Shown piece by piece: positions 25,301 to 38,338 of a stretch of 64,000 nt of DNA (the stretch's first letter is position 1; the number at the start of each line of letters is the position of its first letter). Position numbers and translations under genes: made by a program. The notes under the pieces are model-generated. The model saw only the letters and a list, made by a program, of their open reading frames with translations. It had not been told where the DNA came from and did no database searches. The DNA lies in the NCBI RefSeq assembly GCF_018977255.1, contig NW_024704742.1, forward strand, positions 72,790,001-72,854,000. The letters are read 5' to 3'. This DNA is from Callorhinchus milii. Lineage: Eukaryota.

Positions 25301-25900
25301 CCAGAAGGCTGTAGATGCTCAGTCCTTGAATATCTTCAAGGCTGAGACTGATAGATTTTTAAAAATAGAGGGATTAGGGGATATGGGGATAGGGCAGGTA
25401 ATTAGAGTTAGGTCTGAAGATCAGCCATGATCTTATCAAATGGCGGGGCAGGCTCGAGGGGCCAAATGGCCTAGTCCTGCTCCTAATCCTTATGTTCTTA
25501 TGTTCTTATGAACCTATCACCCCAGTTCTTGCCCGGCTTCACTGGCTCCCCATTCCTCAGAGAATCGAGTACAAAACCCTCGTTCTTACCTTCAAAGCCC
25601 TCCATGGTCTTGTTCCCCCTAACTCTCCGACCTCATAACCCCTTATCAGTCTGTCCATTCCCTCCGCTCGGCAAACACCGGCCTGGTGCAGGTCCCCCGC
25701 ATTACCTGCCCTACCATTGGCGGTCAGGCATTCCGCAGCCCTTCCCCCCCACTCTGGAACTCTATCCCGCAATCCCTCCCCTCATTCCCTCTCTTGCCTC
25801 CTTCAAGTCCCGTCTGAAGACCTTCCTCTTCGACTGTGCGTTCGGCCACCCTCCCAGCCCCACTCCCCTGCCCTCCTCCCCTTCTGACCCCAACTCCCAC
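22303..25900 (+). mobile_element. L2 3' fragment (22303-22705 and 25510-25900) split by a CR1 insertion
   Basis: SRLDYANCLL and IIQNSVACVLSRT on the left. The L2 resumes in register at gaacctatcaccccagttcttgcccggcttcactggctccc on the right. Confidence 0.85.
22706..25509 (+). mobile_element. Young CR1 LINE copy A, 5'-truncated (APE plus RT ORF2 pseudogene and 3' UTR)
   Basis: [41 protein letters not shown] and FVDD (copy B has FADD). Frameshift ~23870 and stop at 24728. (cttatgtt)n tail. Flanked by the direct repeat gaacct (22700-22705, 25510-25515). Confidence 0.95.
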
Positions 25901-28900
25901 CTCAGGCTGTTGAGGGGCTGAATGACCTACTCCTGTTGCTATGTACTCTTTTCAAATAATGCCAAAGATCTTTAACATTCACCTGAAAACAGGCAGACAG
26001 GCGTTCAGTTTAATGTCCCATCTAGAGGACAGCGAAGAAAATGCAAGCCCACATTCCCCTCCCTCTTTTATACTTCAGGGAGTGACGGAGAAATGCAATT
26101 TTCTAAACAAAAAAATGGATATTCCCTCTCGTAACCAAATCACACTGAGCCATGTAAACTCTGGACTGAAAGTATCTTCTAGCAAAGTTCAGCTCCCCAG
26201 AGCTTGATGAGAATATTGACAAGATTCCTTAAGGAATCCCAATTACGAATTCTTGCAAATTAGACCTGTTTCTGTGTTATCTACTGTTGGTGTAGGAGTC
26301 AATTCAGATGTTTATAAAATTAGAGATTCCTTATATATTTCTTTAAAGACAGAATAACAGCAACCATTACACTTCTCAAATAGCTTAGTCTTCAGGCAGT
26401 GAACTTTCAAACAAGTATAATATCAGTAAATAAAAAAAGACTGATATTTCCTTTGTCAGATCACAATGGTGACTAGGTTCTGTGTTGTAGTTATAGAGAA
26501 AAGTCTGGCCAAGATTCATACTGAATTAATTGTAGGTCATCAGATATTATAGGAGGAACAGTGGCACTATATCATTCTTGCTACTGTCCCGTTGCATATA
26601 GACAACATTTCGATAAAACTGTAGTGTTTGTGTGAAATAACATTTTAATGGACATAACAAAATGCAGTTTCAATGCAGCAAGCATTAAAACAATCCATCA
26701 TAGCTGACAAGACCAATCGGAACAATCTCTATTCATACTGTGTTATCCAATTTCCAGTTGTATATTTTAGCATAGAAAGTTACAGTGCAAGCATTGAAGT
26801 CAAAATTTGCATTCCTTCCAATACACCCATTGTTGGAAAGAGACCAATGTAGTAAACAAATCCTCCTTCAAACTGGCCGATGGTAAGGCTGATAAAGGCA
26901 CACACACAATTACCTATTTGTTTGCACTTTACTCCGTGTTAATGCATAAAACAACAGATTTTGCAAAGTCATTGCACAGCCTTTCCTTAGTTTCCATACT
27001 GACGATACTCGATATAGCACTGTGTCCAATGTTCAATTGCAGTCATTTTTCTTTTACACAAGTTGCAGATCATGTTTTGTTTTGTTTTGGTCATCTGGAT
27101 GTCTGACACAAACAGAAACCCATCATCATTCTAAATATCATTGTATCTAAATTTGTTACTGGAATTTCTTCATGTTAATATATTGCGTGAACTCTTAGCT
27201 ACAGATTCCCAATTACTATACTATATATGTATAGTATAGCTTATGGAAAAAGGTGTACTATTTGGCATCAAAGCTTCTCACAGAATTTTAACATGAATCA
27301 TTCCCTCGTGTTAGGTACTATTGTTGTCCACTGTGCTGTTCAGAATTTTTCCAGATGTGCAGCAAAGCGAACTGAAGTACCCTATAAATTGGGACAGATT
27401 TTCAGCTCAAAATAGCAATTTTTATTTTGAAGAGGTTTCCCCACAGGCTTGGGTTTAGCTAGATTGGGCAAGGAAAAAGACATTGCAGCATGTCATCATA
27501 TTTCAAAATGTATTTTTTAAGAATAATTCAACCATTTCTCTCATTTGCATGCATTGAAAAAAAATAAATGCAATAATTTCCATATGCTAGGCAAATTCTA
27601 AGAACATTAGAACTTGCTAGGTGAAAGAAGAATAAGTTCCATCCAGTTCACCTTCCACTATCCCAGCAGTCGCTTGACATGTCAAATTCTCTGACAGAAT
27701 TCAATGTTAATCTGGTCAAGTGTTAGCTGCATTTTTCCTGGAAGTCAATCATAGTTAAATCCACTTACAGTTCTCCCTTGATGGAACATATTGAATATTG
27801 TAATAATGTAATATTATAGTACAGTGCAATTTTGAAAGCCACAATACTTAATTTTTCTCCCAGACTTGCAGACCCTGTTCTGGTTTGTTAAAATGCTGTA
27901 ACATTGTCTCGTTAAGCAAGTAGGTATTTGACTGACATATCGGCTTGTGTCTTTGATTCTTGGTCCTTCTCAGTTTTCCTTGTTGCTGTCAGGCTCTCAC
28001 CTTATTGGTGTCAGCTTGTCTTACTTGGTAACACTCTTATCGCTGTGTCAAATGGTTGTGTCATTCGTCTGCAAAATAGGCAACCAGTACATTTTACAGT
28101 AAACTCCTGTGAAGTGCTTTGAAGGTATCCTTCCCACTGAAATTTTGCTCCAGTACAATCTACATAGATGTTATCTTTATAAATTGTACAATTGCCTGAG
28201 TCATACATTCATCCGAGTCCCATTCAGTTTCCTATCAAAACCATTTTGATTTCTTTGCACTACTGTATTAATCACCTCCTAATTTGTAACACCTCTCCCC
28301 AACTTTCAATTACTCCTGCACTTACCTTCTGCAATGAATCACGGGAAATTACCTCCTGGCTAGTTGACGCATGTACAATTACCACCCGGCTGCACTAAAT
28401 CACAGAAAACGTATTCTTGATCAGTTGACACATGCGCAGAAGAACTTAATTTCCCACGATTCCAACACTTGGTACATGCGCATGCAGCGATGGGAGACAC
28501 ATTGAATCACAGAAAACATAGTTTTGACCCATCATCCCATGCAAACTTACCAGCTGTGGTGACAAAGTACTGCACAGGCACTTACTGGCTGTGTTGAATT
28601 ACGCGTGTACAGTGTAGATTATTGATTAAAATCAGATTTTATACGATTTACACATATTTATGCCAGCAATTTGGATTTATTATAAGTCATATTAAATGTT
28701 ATGGTTCCAACTGATATGATTCATGTGAGTTTTACTGTATATTAAACGTACGGATATTAAGTGCATAATTATTGATTCTTTAACAGTACAGGTTTGGGAA
28801 CTGATGCAGAATTCTAAATTAGTGATCTGCTTTCATAAGTATGTAAGACATTTTGGTCAGAAAAAGGCCCCGTAACCCATCAAGGCCATTTCTTTTTGGA

Positions 28901-28951
28901 TATTCTTACCACCAACCTGCTATTTTTACTCTACATTTTAAACCATCCTCT

Positions 28952-29065
28952 GCCAATGACAGATCAGCCAGCCTGGCTTGTCAGCAGAACTTGGAGTGGA
29001 AGACGAGTCATTGGGGGTAGGAGTTCTTTCAACATGACTGCTGTTAACCCTGCATAAGGTTTGCT
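28952..29065 (+). repeat. Family X fragment
   Basis: atgacagatcagccagcctggct...ctgttaaccctgca. Confidence 0.6.
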
Positions 29066-30914
29066 CCATGGTCTTTGATCCAAACATTAGTAGATTCACA
29101 AATTTTGAGTAAATACAAAGCAAAGAATGGCAATACCTCCCAAGTAGAAGTACAACCGCAGTGATATCACAGTCACCGATGTGTGGCAGAGCAAAAAGTT
29201 GGCTTCAAGTCTGTGACACAAAGGGATCTGAAGGCATCATTAACCAAGAGAGTGAGATTCCAGTGGGATTATTAACGGGATCCAGGTCATCCAGTGCCAT
29301 GTATCTTTTTATATAAGTACAGACACACTTCAGTTTAATATAAAATAAAATCAACAGTGGTATTTGATACTGCACTCCTTACAGCAACAACAGTTTACAT
29401 TTATATACTGCTTTTCACGTTGGGAGGATGTCTCAATTTTACTTCAAGGATGTCCTGAATTTTCGTGTGACACAGTTGGCACTCTATTGGCATCAGCATC
29501 TCATACCACAATGATGTTGTACAACGTGGCTCCTGCTACAGTAATACAGAGCTGTCTCTTGTGGCTGGTGCTACAATTTTCACCTGCCACTGCAGGTGGA
29601 GTGGGTGGCAGACAATCAGCCCTGTGCTTCTTTTTGCTGCTTTCCAGATGATCATATAATCCTGATTATTGCACAATGATGTAAATTTGCTTTATAAGTC
29701 TCCCAGCTTCCTGAATGTAGTTGGAATCTGGTCTTCCGTGCCGAGATTCTAGCTACTGGTCTGAAATTACAGTCAAGGTTACACATAGCACATTTGATAA
29801 TGTAGATCACTAATGGGATTTCCCCATTATAATTGTGCATTGCCAAAAGGCATTACACGCAACGCCAACCAGAGTTCCAGCCCATATGCAATTCCATAGC
29901 CTTCCTGGGCTGAGAGAGTGCTTTATGGAAATTATTCACTTTTTATCTGGCATGTGATATGCAGCAGATGCTTCCCTCTTTTCCTTGGAGGGATTCCCTT
30001 TGTTCCCCACAGGCATGTGAAACACCTGGATTCTGCCAGTGGAAAATATAATAATTTAAAATATTAAAGCCAACAGCGTATGGTCTGCAACAACAAATGT
30101 AACGTCACCATATCTGATTAAGACTTGTCACCTGGCCACAAAAACTGAGGCCACGGATTGTTATTTCAACTATGAGTGTAGAGAATCAAATTATATTCAA
30201 CTGATACTTATTACGTAAAATATTTCTATGGTATAAAATCACACAAGATCTATTTTCAACTCAAAATTGAGCTTTGCTTGTAATTTGCCTACACCTTATC
30301 TGGATGATTCATCATTACCAGGTCCTTAGGATGTGTCCTGGAGCACTGGTGGCAGTTCCAGACAGTCAAGACCATGCAGATCTACTGTATCATTTATGAA
30401 GTAATCTTCAGACTATCACACTTGTTTTATTAGTTCAGGAGTCAGCTATAGAGTCAGGAGTCAGTGCTATGTGCAATCAGTACTACATATCCCTGCCAAA
30501 AAGTGCAGTAATGCTCCCATTATACCTAGTGCCAGAATGTGGTTCTGATCTAGTTCTTGGAGAAATAAACAACTTGTAACGCAAATAAATGGCCCAGCTA
30601 AAGATTTCAAAATACTTTTTTAACTATTGAAATGCAAAAACGTTGCCAACCGGTGATTACAGAAAAGTTTAATAACTTTATTTTTACTGGTGCTTTAAGA
30701 ACCCTCTTGGTCTCAATCTCAGTTCACATCTTGCACATTTTACTTTGAGGGATGATTCAGAGCTCACTGCTTTTATTAAATATAATATATCCACTTCCAG
30801 TTTCAAGTTGTAAGCTATCAGCAAACTAGGTCTTTCTTCCAACTTTCTGTCTTCTCCTGAGAGTGCCAACTTGCTGCAATATAGTGCCACAGGTGCAGGA
30901 GTGTTAGCTGACAC

Positions 30915-31237
30915 AATAATAATAATAATAACAATCCTTGTATTTGAGATAGCGCTTTTCACGTCAGGAGGACGTCCCAAAGAGCTTCACAAAACACACT
31001 GTAAAGTGAATTGACAGTATATTTGTGGGCGAACGCGGCAGCCAATTGCGCACAGCAATGTCCCACAAACAGTCGTAGATTGAAAATGACCAATTTATTA
31101 TTGTTTTTGTTTTTTGGAGGGATTATTATTAGGCGTGTGGAGTAAGGAAACTTGCCCAAGGTTTCGCCCTGCCTGGAATTGAACTCAGGTCTCTCGCTTG
31201 CAAAGCGAGTGCTCTAACCACTGAGCTACAGGACTCC
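30915..31237 (-). mobile_element. Young tRNA-Ala SINE, full length
   Basis: Reverse complement of the 2394 and 15551 copies; ends ...ctgagctacaggactcc. Confidence 0.92.
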
Positions 31238-31287
31238 ACAATGGCTCAAAGTCCTGATGTGAAGCCCTCTGGTACCTCATGCATTGG

Positions 31288-31770
31288 TGTGTCAGCCTGG
31301 CTGAGTTGGTAGCACTTTTGCCTCTGAGTTAAAAGATTATGCGTTCAAGCCCCATGTTGTGACTTGAACTCATATTATTTAGGCCGACACTCATCATCAG
31401 AGGTGCTAATCCTGCAGATGAGACGTTAAAGAGGACCTGTCTGCCTGTTCAGATGAATGTTGAAAGTGAAACAAAAGCATTGGGAACCTAAAAGTGGAAT
31501 TGATCTAACTATTGGTGCCAGCCCAGCTCGGATGGTAATAAACTTGCCTCTGAGTTAGAAATTGTTGGTTCAAGCTTCGCATCAGGACTTTGAAGCATTG
31601 TTTAGGCTAACACTCCAGTACAGTGCTGGGGGAGCACTGTACTACCAGAGATACAAGTCAGATGAGAAGTTAAACTGAGGTCCCGTCTACCTGCTCAGAT
31701 GAATGTTAAAGATCCCATGACACTATTCAAAAAAAGAAGGGAATTTCTCCTAATGTCCTGGCCAACAATT
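31288..31770 (+). mobile_element. Two tandem old DeuSINE 5' parts (31288-31466 and 31513-31770) separated by ~45 bp of non-SINE sequence
   Basis: Two heads, gtgtcagcctggctgagttggtagcac and gtgccagcccagctcggatggta, each followed by a Deu body. Confidence 0.75.
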
Positions 31771-31813
31771 TTTATTATTGTATGAGCCTAGACAACAACA
31801 ACAAGAACAAGTT

Positions 31814-32127
31814 GTCCTGTAGCTCAGTGGTTGAGCACTCGCTTTGCAAGCTAGAGACCTGAGTTCAATTCCAGGCAGGGCGAAAACTTGGGCAAGTTTC
31901 CTTACTCCACACGCCTAATAATAATCCCTCCAAAAAACAAAAACAATAATAAATTGGTCATTTTCAATCTACGACTGTTTGTGGGACATTGCTGTGCGCA
32001 ATTGGCTGCCGCGTTCGCCCACAAATATACAGTCAATTCACTTTACAGTGTGTTCTGTGAAGCGCTTTTGGACATTTAGAAGACGTGAAAAGCGCTATTT
32101 CAAATATAAGGATTATTATTATTATTA
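31814..32127 (+). mobile_element. Young tRNA-Ala SINE, full length
   Basis: Near-identical to 30915-31237 in the opposite orientation. Confidence 0.92.
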
Positions 32128-33819
32128 AGTGTTGCAGCTTGCTCTGTCAGCCATGCTGAGGATCAAATGTACCTCACATTTCCCCATTGGGTAAATCTGC
32201 TAAAATACCTATAATTGTTAATGTAACAAGTTGCCATTCCTTTTCAAACAATTGCATGCATTAAATTGGATGAATGAATTAGTTCAGTTTAAACTCACTT
32301 TAAACCTAGCAGCAATCTTTGTGCTCTTGTCCCTTTGTGAGGAATTGGATAGGAATAGAAAGATTTTCATGAATTACATTTTTAGTATAAAATGGCCAGT
32401 GCAGTAATTATAGATGCACATTTTTATTGCCTAGAGATTTGAACACAGAGCTTCAGAAGGCCTGGAGTAAATCTCTTACTTTAGCAAATTTCCTATTAAA
32501 TTACTTAGAGGGAGAATGAACAAGTCTATTGATGATAGTACATTGTATTAATACAGAAACAGCACAGTTTGACCTTAATTATGACTTTGGATAAGAAGTT
32601 GCTCCATGCCATCATGGTCTATTTTGCTATCCAGCTGAGCTACTTTCATCAGAAATCTAGAGTAATTCCAAGAGCTTTTCTATCACAGGAAACCAAGGAC
32701 AATGAGCTGTGGAATGTCCTTAAATCCATGAATTTATAATGTATGACAGTGTGCCAGAAATAACTGGAAGAGAACTACATTCATTGTAGAAAGAATGGAA
32801 CGTGACTTTCTCAGCACACGTGACTTGTCATCTCTAAAGAAGAAAGGTTAAATATGTTAATGGTTTTACTTTAGTGTCATAAAGTGCAACAAGTACTGTT
32901 CATGCTGACAGTATCGTGGGATGCCACTTTCAGCAGAGAAACAAAACAGCTCAAGGGGAGGGAAGGGGACAACGAGTAGCAAAGGATGATCCGCCAGTAA
33001 ACGCAGCCCATACACTGGTAGATTCCTCTCCCTTTAGCTGTCTCCTTTTGCTGTCTTCTTTCCCCAGTCATACCTGCTGAACCTATCTTAAAATAATCCT
33101 AATAATTGCATTTGGTAGAATACCTTATCACATTGTTGAAATGTCTTAAAGCAGGGCATGGGACATATTCTACTGAGTAGTGACTGAATCTTCCTAGACT
33201 ATATTTGCCATTTGTATCTTACATGCAACCCATGTCTTCAACAGTTGATCTCCCTCACTCGGTCTTACCTTCATTCTTGTTGTGATCCATTGCTCTTTCA
33301 TGGCCCAAGTTTAATCAGTCGGTTAAGGACCCACATTTGGAACCAGAAGAGTTCTAACTTTCAACCCCACCAGATTGATTCAGCCTGTCTCCTTTCGCCT
33401 CCCACCCCATCCTCTCTCCTCCCATCCTCACCCTCTCTCCCCCCCCACACTTTCTCCCCTTCCCTTCCCCCCTCTCCCTATGCTCTCTCCCTCTCCAAGG
33501 TCAAGTTTCATGTCTAAATATATCAGGAATGGGTGGAAACCAAGAGGTATCCACTGAGCTGGTTGCATGTTGCCGAGCTCCACTCCTGTTCGCCAATAGG
33601 GTCAGAGCATACAAGTGTTTGGGAAAATCGAAATGTGCCAAGACAGTAATATAGCATAATGAAATCTGCACTTGTGGGAAGGATTTTTTTAAATGAAAAC
33701 CTGACCACTTCCAACCTCCAAATGTTTGGTATAAGAAAGAATTTGTTTTGCTGGTCAAAAGGAAAGCCGACAAGTTGTACCCCAAAGATGAGTTATACCC
33801 CACGCCCAGCTATTTGCCA

Positions 33820-34125
33820 ACAGAAAATGGGGGAAGGTATTAAGCAGGATGCTTCAGGGGTCTGGACTGTATGATTAGATAGGCTAGGGCTGTTCACTCT
33901 TATGAGAAGATGATTTGAGGGGACCTCATAGAGGTGTATTACATTTTAAATGGGAATGAAAAAATAAACCCAAATCAATAATTAGGATCCATCAAAACAG
34001 TAGAACAAGAGGACACAGGTTTAGAGTTGCAAAGGGCAATTTCAGTACAGATAACAGGAAGCTTTTCTTATGTAGAGGACAATCAACAACTGGGACAGGT
34101 TGCTAGGAAAGGTGGTAGTGGCTAG
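33820..34125 (+). mobile_element. Old CR1 3' fragment
   Basis: ggctagggctgttcactct, gaggggacctcatagaggtgtat, acaagaggacacaggtttagag. Confidence 0.72.
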
Positions 34126-34179
34126 GTCACCAGACTCATTTGATGTTGTGATAGCATTCTGGAGGGATGAGATCAGATG

Positions 34180-35160
34180 GTCTGAAGAGAGGTGGGAGGG
34201 AGATCAAAGGCACGGTCGAAGAGAAGGGTCTTGAGACCGGCCTTGAAGGAGGCAAGGGAGGAAGCGAGGCAAAGGGACTGTGGGATGGAGTTCCAGAGTG
34301 GGGGGGCAGAGAGGCTGAAAGCCCCGCCACCAATGGTAGGGTGGGAGACATGGAGCAGGCCGGAGCCCCCTGAACGGAGGGAGCGGGCAGGTTGGTAGGG
34401 AGTCAGTAGGTCAGAGAGACCATGGATGGCCTTGAAAATGTGGACGAGGATCTTGAATTTGATCCTCTGGGGGATGGGGAACCAGTGGAGTCTGGCGAGG
34501 ATGGGAGTGATGTTTTCATGGAGTCTGATGCATGAGAGTACACGAGCTGCAGAGTTTTGGATGATCTGCAGCTTGTGAAGGGAAGAGTTGGGAAGGCCGA
34601 TGAGGAGGGAGTTTCCATAATCGAGCCTTGATGTGACAAATGCATGGGTGAGGGTTTCGGCAGCCTGAGGGGTGAGACAGTGGCGGATTCTGGCAATGTT
34701 GCGGAGGTGGTGGTAGGCAGTGCCAGTCATGGCGCGGATGCGGGGGGGAAAGGACAGTTCAGGGTCAAACGATAACCAGGCTTCTGACTAGCTTAGTGAC
34801 GTTGAGTGTGCAGCCATGAAGGCTGATGCTGCCAGCGCCCGAGGTGCGGAGGCGCTGGCGCGAGCCAATCAGGAGGGCGGTCTTGTTGACGTTGAGTTGG
34901 AGAAAGTTGTCCCTCATCCAGGACTTGATGTCGGACAGGCAGTCGGTCAGGACGCCACTAGTCCTGGAGTTCAGGGTGGAAGCAGAGAGGTAGAGTTGGG
35001 TGTCATCTGCATACATGTGGAAATTTACCCCATGTCTGCAGATGATGTCACCAAGGGGGAGCGTGTAGAGGGTGAAGAGGAGGGGACCGAGGACAGAGCC
35101 CTGAGGGACACCGCACGAGATGGTGCGGGGACTGGAGCAGAAGTCGTTTGCAATAGGGTG
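34180..35160 (-). mobile_element. L2 LINE 3' fragment, well preserved
   Basis: [43 protein letters not shown] and RLHWFPIPQRIKFKIL. Confidence 0.92.
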
Positions 35161-35323
35161 ATGTTTGAACAAAAAGTTGAGATGAATGGGCCAAAAGGCC
35201 TTCTTATGCGAGCTTCTCCTGATTTTATGAACGGGTATGGAAGAAATTTAACCATTTTTCCCATGGTTATTATTTTCTTAGAAACAAAGCAGATAGATTA
35301 ATTGTTCAATTTTTTTTGTCCAG

Positions 35324-35450
35324 GCATTCGAGATCAATTCGCGAGACAGGCTGGATCAGCTCTTCACTAGAATGCTGCGGAACAGGTTGCCTCCCGGGGG
35401 TCTTGGCGTCTTCCAAATGCATGGCCTTGATGATACCATTCAAAGTAACT
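35324..35450 (+). CDS. BANK1: Internal coding exon C of BANK1-like gene (end of DBB domain/linker)
   Basis: Acceptor ttttttttgtccag and donor T|gtaagt. 127 nt, phase 0 to 1. Encodes AFEINSRDRLDQLFTRMLRNRLPPGGLGVFQMHGLDDTIQSN, continuing the family motif CQ|AF....LD.L.T..L. Confidence 0.87.
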
Positions 35451-35664
35451 GTAAGTGCTGAAGCCTACATTTAACCCCACTGCAATTCAGAGAAATATCA
35501 GGGACTGAAAAGGACGAAACATTAAAACGTTAAGTCTGTCAATGATAATGAGCGCTGCAGACAGATCGAGTTTGTTGGTTCTGCAGCATGACACATAGAT
35601 TGGTCACTGTTGTGTTACCCTAATCACAGCCAACACACACATGGGGCCACAGACTTATTCAATT

Positions 35665-35885
35665 AAAAACAACGACAAATTACATTTACACAGCGCCTTT
35701 CACGTTGGAAGGACATCCCAAGGCATCCCAGGCAAGAATTTGGACCTGAAGGTGTGGGTTGGGATCAGGAGGGATGGAGGGCAGGGAGGCAAGGGGTAGG
35801 AAGATGACCGAAGGCACGGTCAAAGAGGAGGGTCTTGAAGGACGAAAGGGAGGGAGCGAGGCGGAGGGAATGTGGGATGAAATTC
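35665..35885 (-). mobile_element. L2 3' end
   Basis: acaacgacaaattacattt...gcgcctttcacgt tail and aaggcacggtcaaagaggagggtctt. Confidence 0.8.
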
Positions 35886-36174
35886 CAAAGGGTGAAATCA
35901 GAGACCTTATGCACCCAAACCTAGAGGGGTTACTCACACTTCAGGACAGTCTTTTGACCATGTAATTGCATCTCATTGATTCACCAAACAATGGACACCC
36001 GAGTCAGCCAACAACTGAAGCACTTTGTGAGTGGCCCATGTATGCTTCTGCGCCACACAAGCAATGATTCCTTGATTACACTGCCTTGGGTTCGGGTGTT
36101 TTTCTGAAGCACTGTTGCCTCCCAACGTGAAAGGCACTATGCAAATGTAATTTGGTGGTGTTGTTTGAAAGCAT

Positions 36175-36478
36175 AATAATAATCTTTATATTTGATATAG
36201 CGCCTATCACATCATTAAGACGTCTCAAAGCCCTTCACAGGATATACTGTAAAATGGATTGACTGAGTATTTTATGAGCGAAACATGGCCTCCCAAATTA
36301 GGACTAGCTTAAGATCTTATCTGAAGCATGGCACCCCTGACAATGTAGTGCTCCCCCAGCACTTTTTTTATATACTGATGGGTCAACCTGGACAATGATT
36401 CAAAGTCCCGACTAGAGCTTGAACATACAACTTCTAACTCACAGCCAAGCGTGCCTACCATCTGAGCTGGGCTGACAC
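36175..36478 (-). mobile_element. Old DeuSINE pieces; the head is an inverted copy of the 31513 SINE
   Basis: ctaccatctgagctgggctgacacc head. Tail fragment at 36175-36290. Confidence 0.72.
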
Positions 36479-38029
36479 CAATAGTTGGGCCAATTCCACT
36501 TTTAGGTTCCCAATGCTTTTGCTTCAGCCAACCGGCACCAGTGTTGCCTGGGTATAAGAGCAGAGTATCACCAGGTGAGTGATTCCTGTACTCGGTGAGG
36601 TGTTGGCAGATTGCTCAGAGATTTCTTGGTAAGCTGGAACTGGTGTGACTCGGTGTGAAAGAGGCTTCGGAGTATGTCAGACACCAGCTTACCTGTTAAG
36701 ATTCTATTTTACTTTAATAAGTCAAGCTTCAAAACTTTTAATAAGCTCAGCCAATTTCAAGTAGCAGGTACAATTTCTCATTTCTGATCATTTGAAAAAT
36801 GTACCTCAGTCAGTCAAGTTCTATCATCACTGCTTCTCCAGTCTCTTAACATCAAATTATAGAAAAGTGATGCTTTCTCTCCTGCTAACATTAGTCGCTG
36901 GCAGTGTCTGCTTAATTAGACCTGGCAATAATATAGAGCAGGGAGAAAAGCAGATAAGGGAAATATATTAATAATCCTCACATTTGATATGGCAGCGTTC
37001 ACGTCGGGAAAGAGGTTTCAAAGCTCTTCACAGGATTTACTGTAAAGTGTAATGATTGCATTTTATAGATAATGCATAATTGTAATATCAGGCTAAAACC
37101 TACTCGTACAAACAGAGGGTGCTAATAATGGGAGCAGCATATGGTGTGAAAGAGTTACTGTACCCAGCTGGAGGAGAGTTGAATTATCACTGTTAGAGAT
37201 ACAATCCTAAACTCAGGAATAATTCAGCATCAACTGTATGCAGCTCTCCCTTGATATAACCCACTTCCTGACATAGTAATTTTGCATGTAATCTTCTTTT
37301 TAACTTGGTTACTTTGTACAGGGTATTTCTTGCTAGCTTTTCAACTTTAAAATGGCCCTAGAGATAAATTGCCGGCAAACTTGGCAATTTCCACTGTTTC
37401 TTTTGCCTTCAAAGTGGTCATTATTTTTCCTGCAGTTAATAGGGTTAAGCAGATGATTTCAAACCTAATCAAGTGTGCTCTGAATCAATGAATGAATCAA
37501 CGCTACAATTAAACTTCATTCGTTTTCACAGAAATTGTTGTTATTCTGTGTAGTGTCTGGTGTTCAGTCTACTTTTGATACAGGAATTGTAATTGGTATC
37601 GTTGCTTGTCTATTGTTACCATGATGACTTCATCATGTCTAGGTTTCAGAACACAGTCTAGCTCTGTAAAAAAAACCAAGGTATTTCTTTATAGCACATA
37701 TTTGTTAACACAGATGCAATGTGGTTTCAATTCACTGTTCATGCGTGCAGCTGGCCAGCTCACTTCTCATGCACTGGTTAGCTTTCACTCTAAATTAGTC
37801 AAACATTTACTTCCTGTTTTGTTGCACACGAGAGTGATTATCAAGACCCCTCCCACTCCCCCCAAGAGTTAACTTGATTCTGATATTCCACTGCCAGACA
37901 CATCACATTGGAGCCAGCTCGTTCCCAAGGAGACCCCACTTACCTCTCCTCTTCCCATGGTTTGAGCCTTCTCTGCGAGCTTCCCGGTGGACAAACCAGG
38001 TCTAAGTGTGAAAGCATTACCATCATCTT

Positions 38030-38338
38030 CCTTCCCACAGCTCGGACACACATTCTTACCCATTGAGCAATGGTTACACTAGTTGGAGGTGCAAAGCTTG
38101 AGTGAAAGCTGCTTACGTCTCTACAGGCCAAACAAGGTGGATTCCAAGTTCTGGATATATGAACCTGGTCTCCAGGTAACGCTTTCCAGCATGCTGTCTT
38201 CCCAAGCCTCAAGAGATTCCTCATCAGCCATCTGATGGACATCTGCTTTCAATGTAGTGGGAGGACCTTCACAGAACAACTTGCGACGTGCTAGCCACCT
38301 TGATGTTCTCAAGATCCAAATCCAATGCCCCATACCAG
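38030..38338 (-). pseudogene. Probable RTE-clade LINE ORF C-terminal remnant
   Basis: One minus frame with two stops reads RRK...LKADV....LEAWEDSMLESVTWR....RRK....VCPSCGK. This resembles the RTE C-terminus pattern R.R.KD.LK..L......WE..A.DR..WR followed by CPxCG(R/K). Confidence 0.5.

Noticed and set aside
30959..32079. Near-identical short ORFs MGKFPYSTRL... on opposite strands
   Set aside because: Chance ORFs inside SINE copies.
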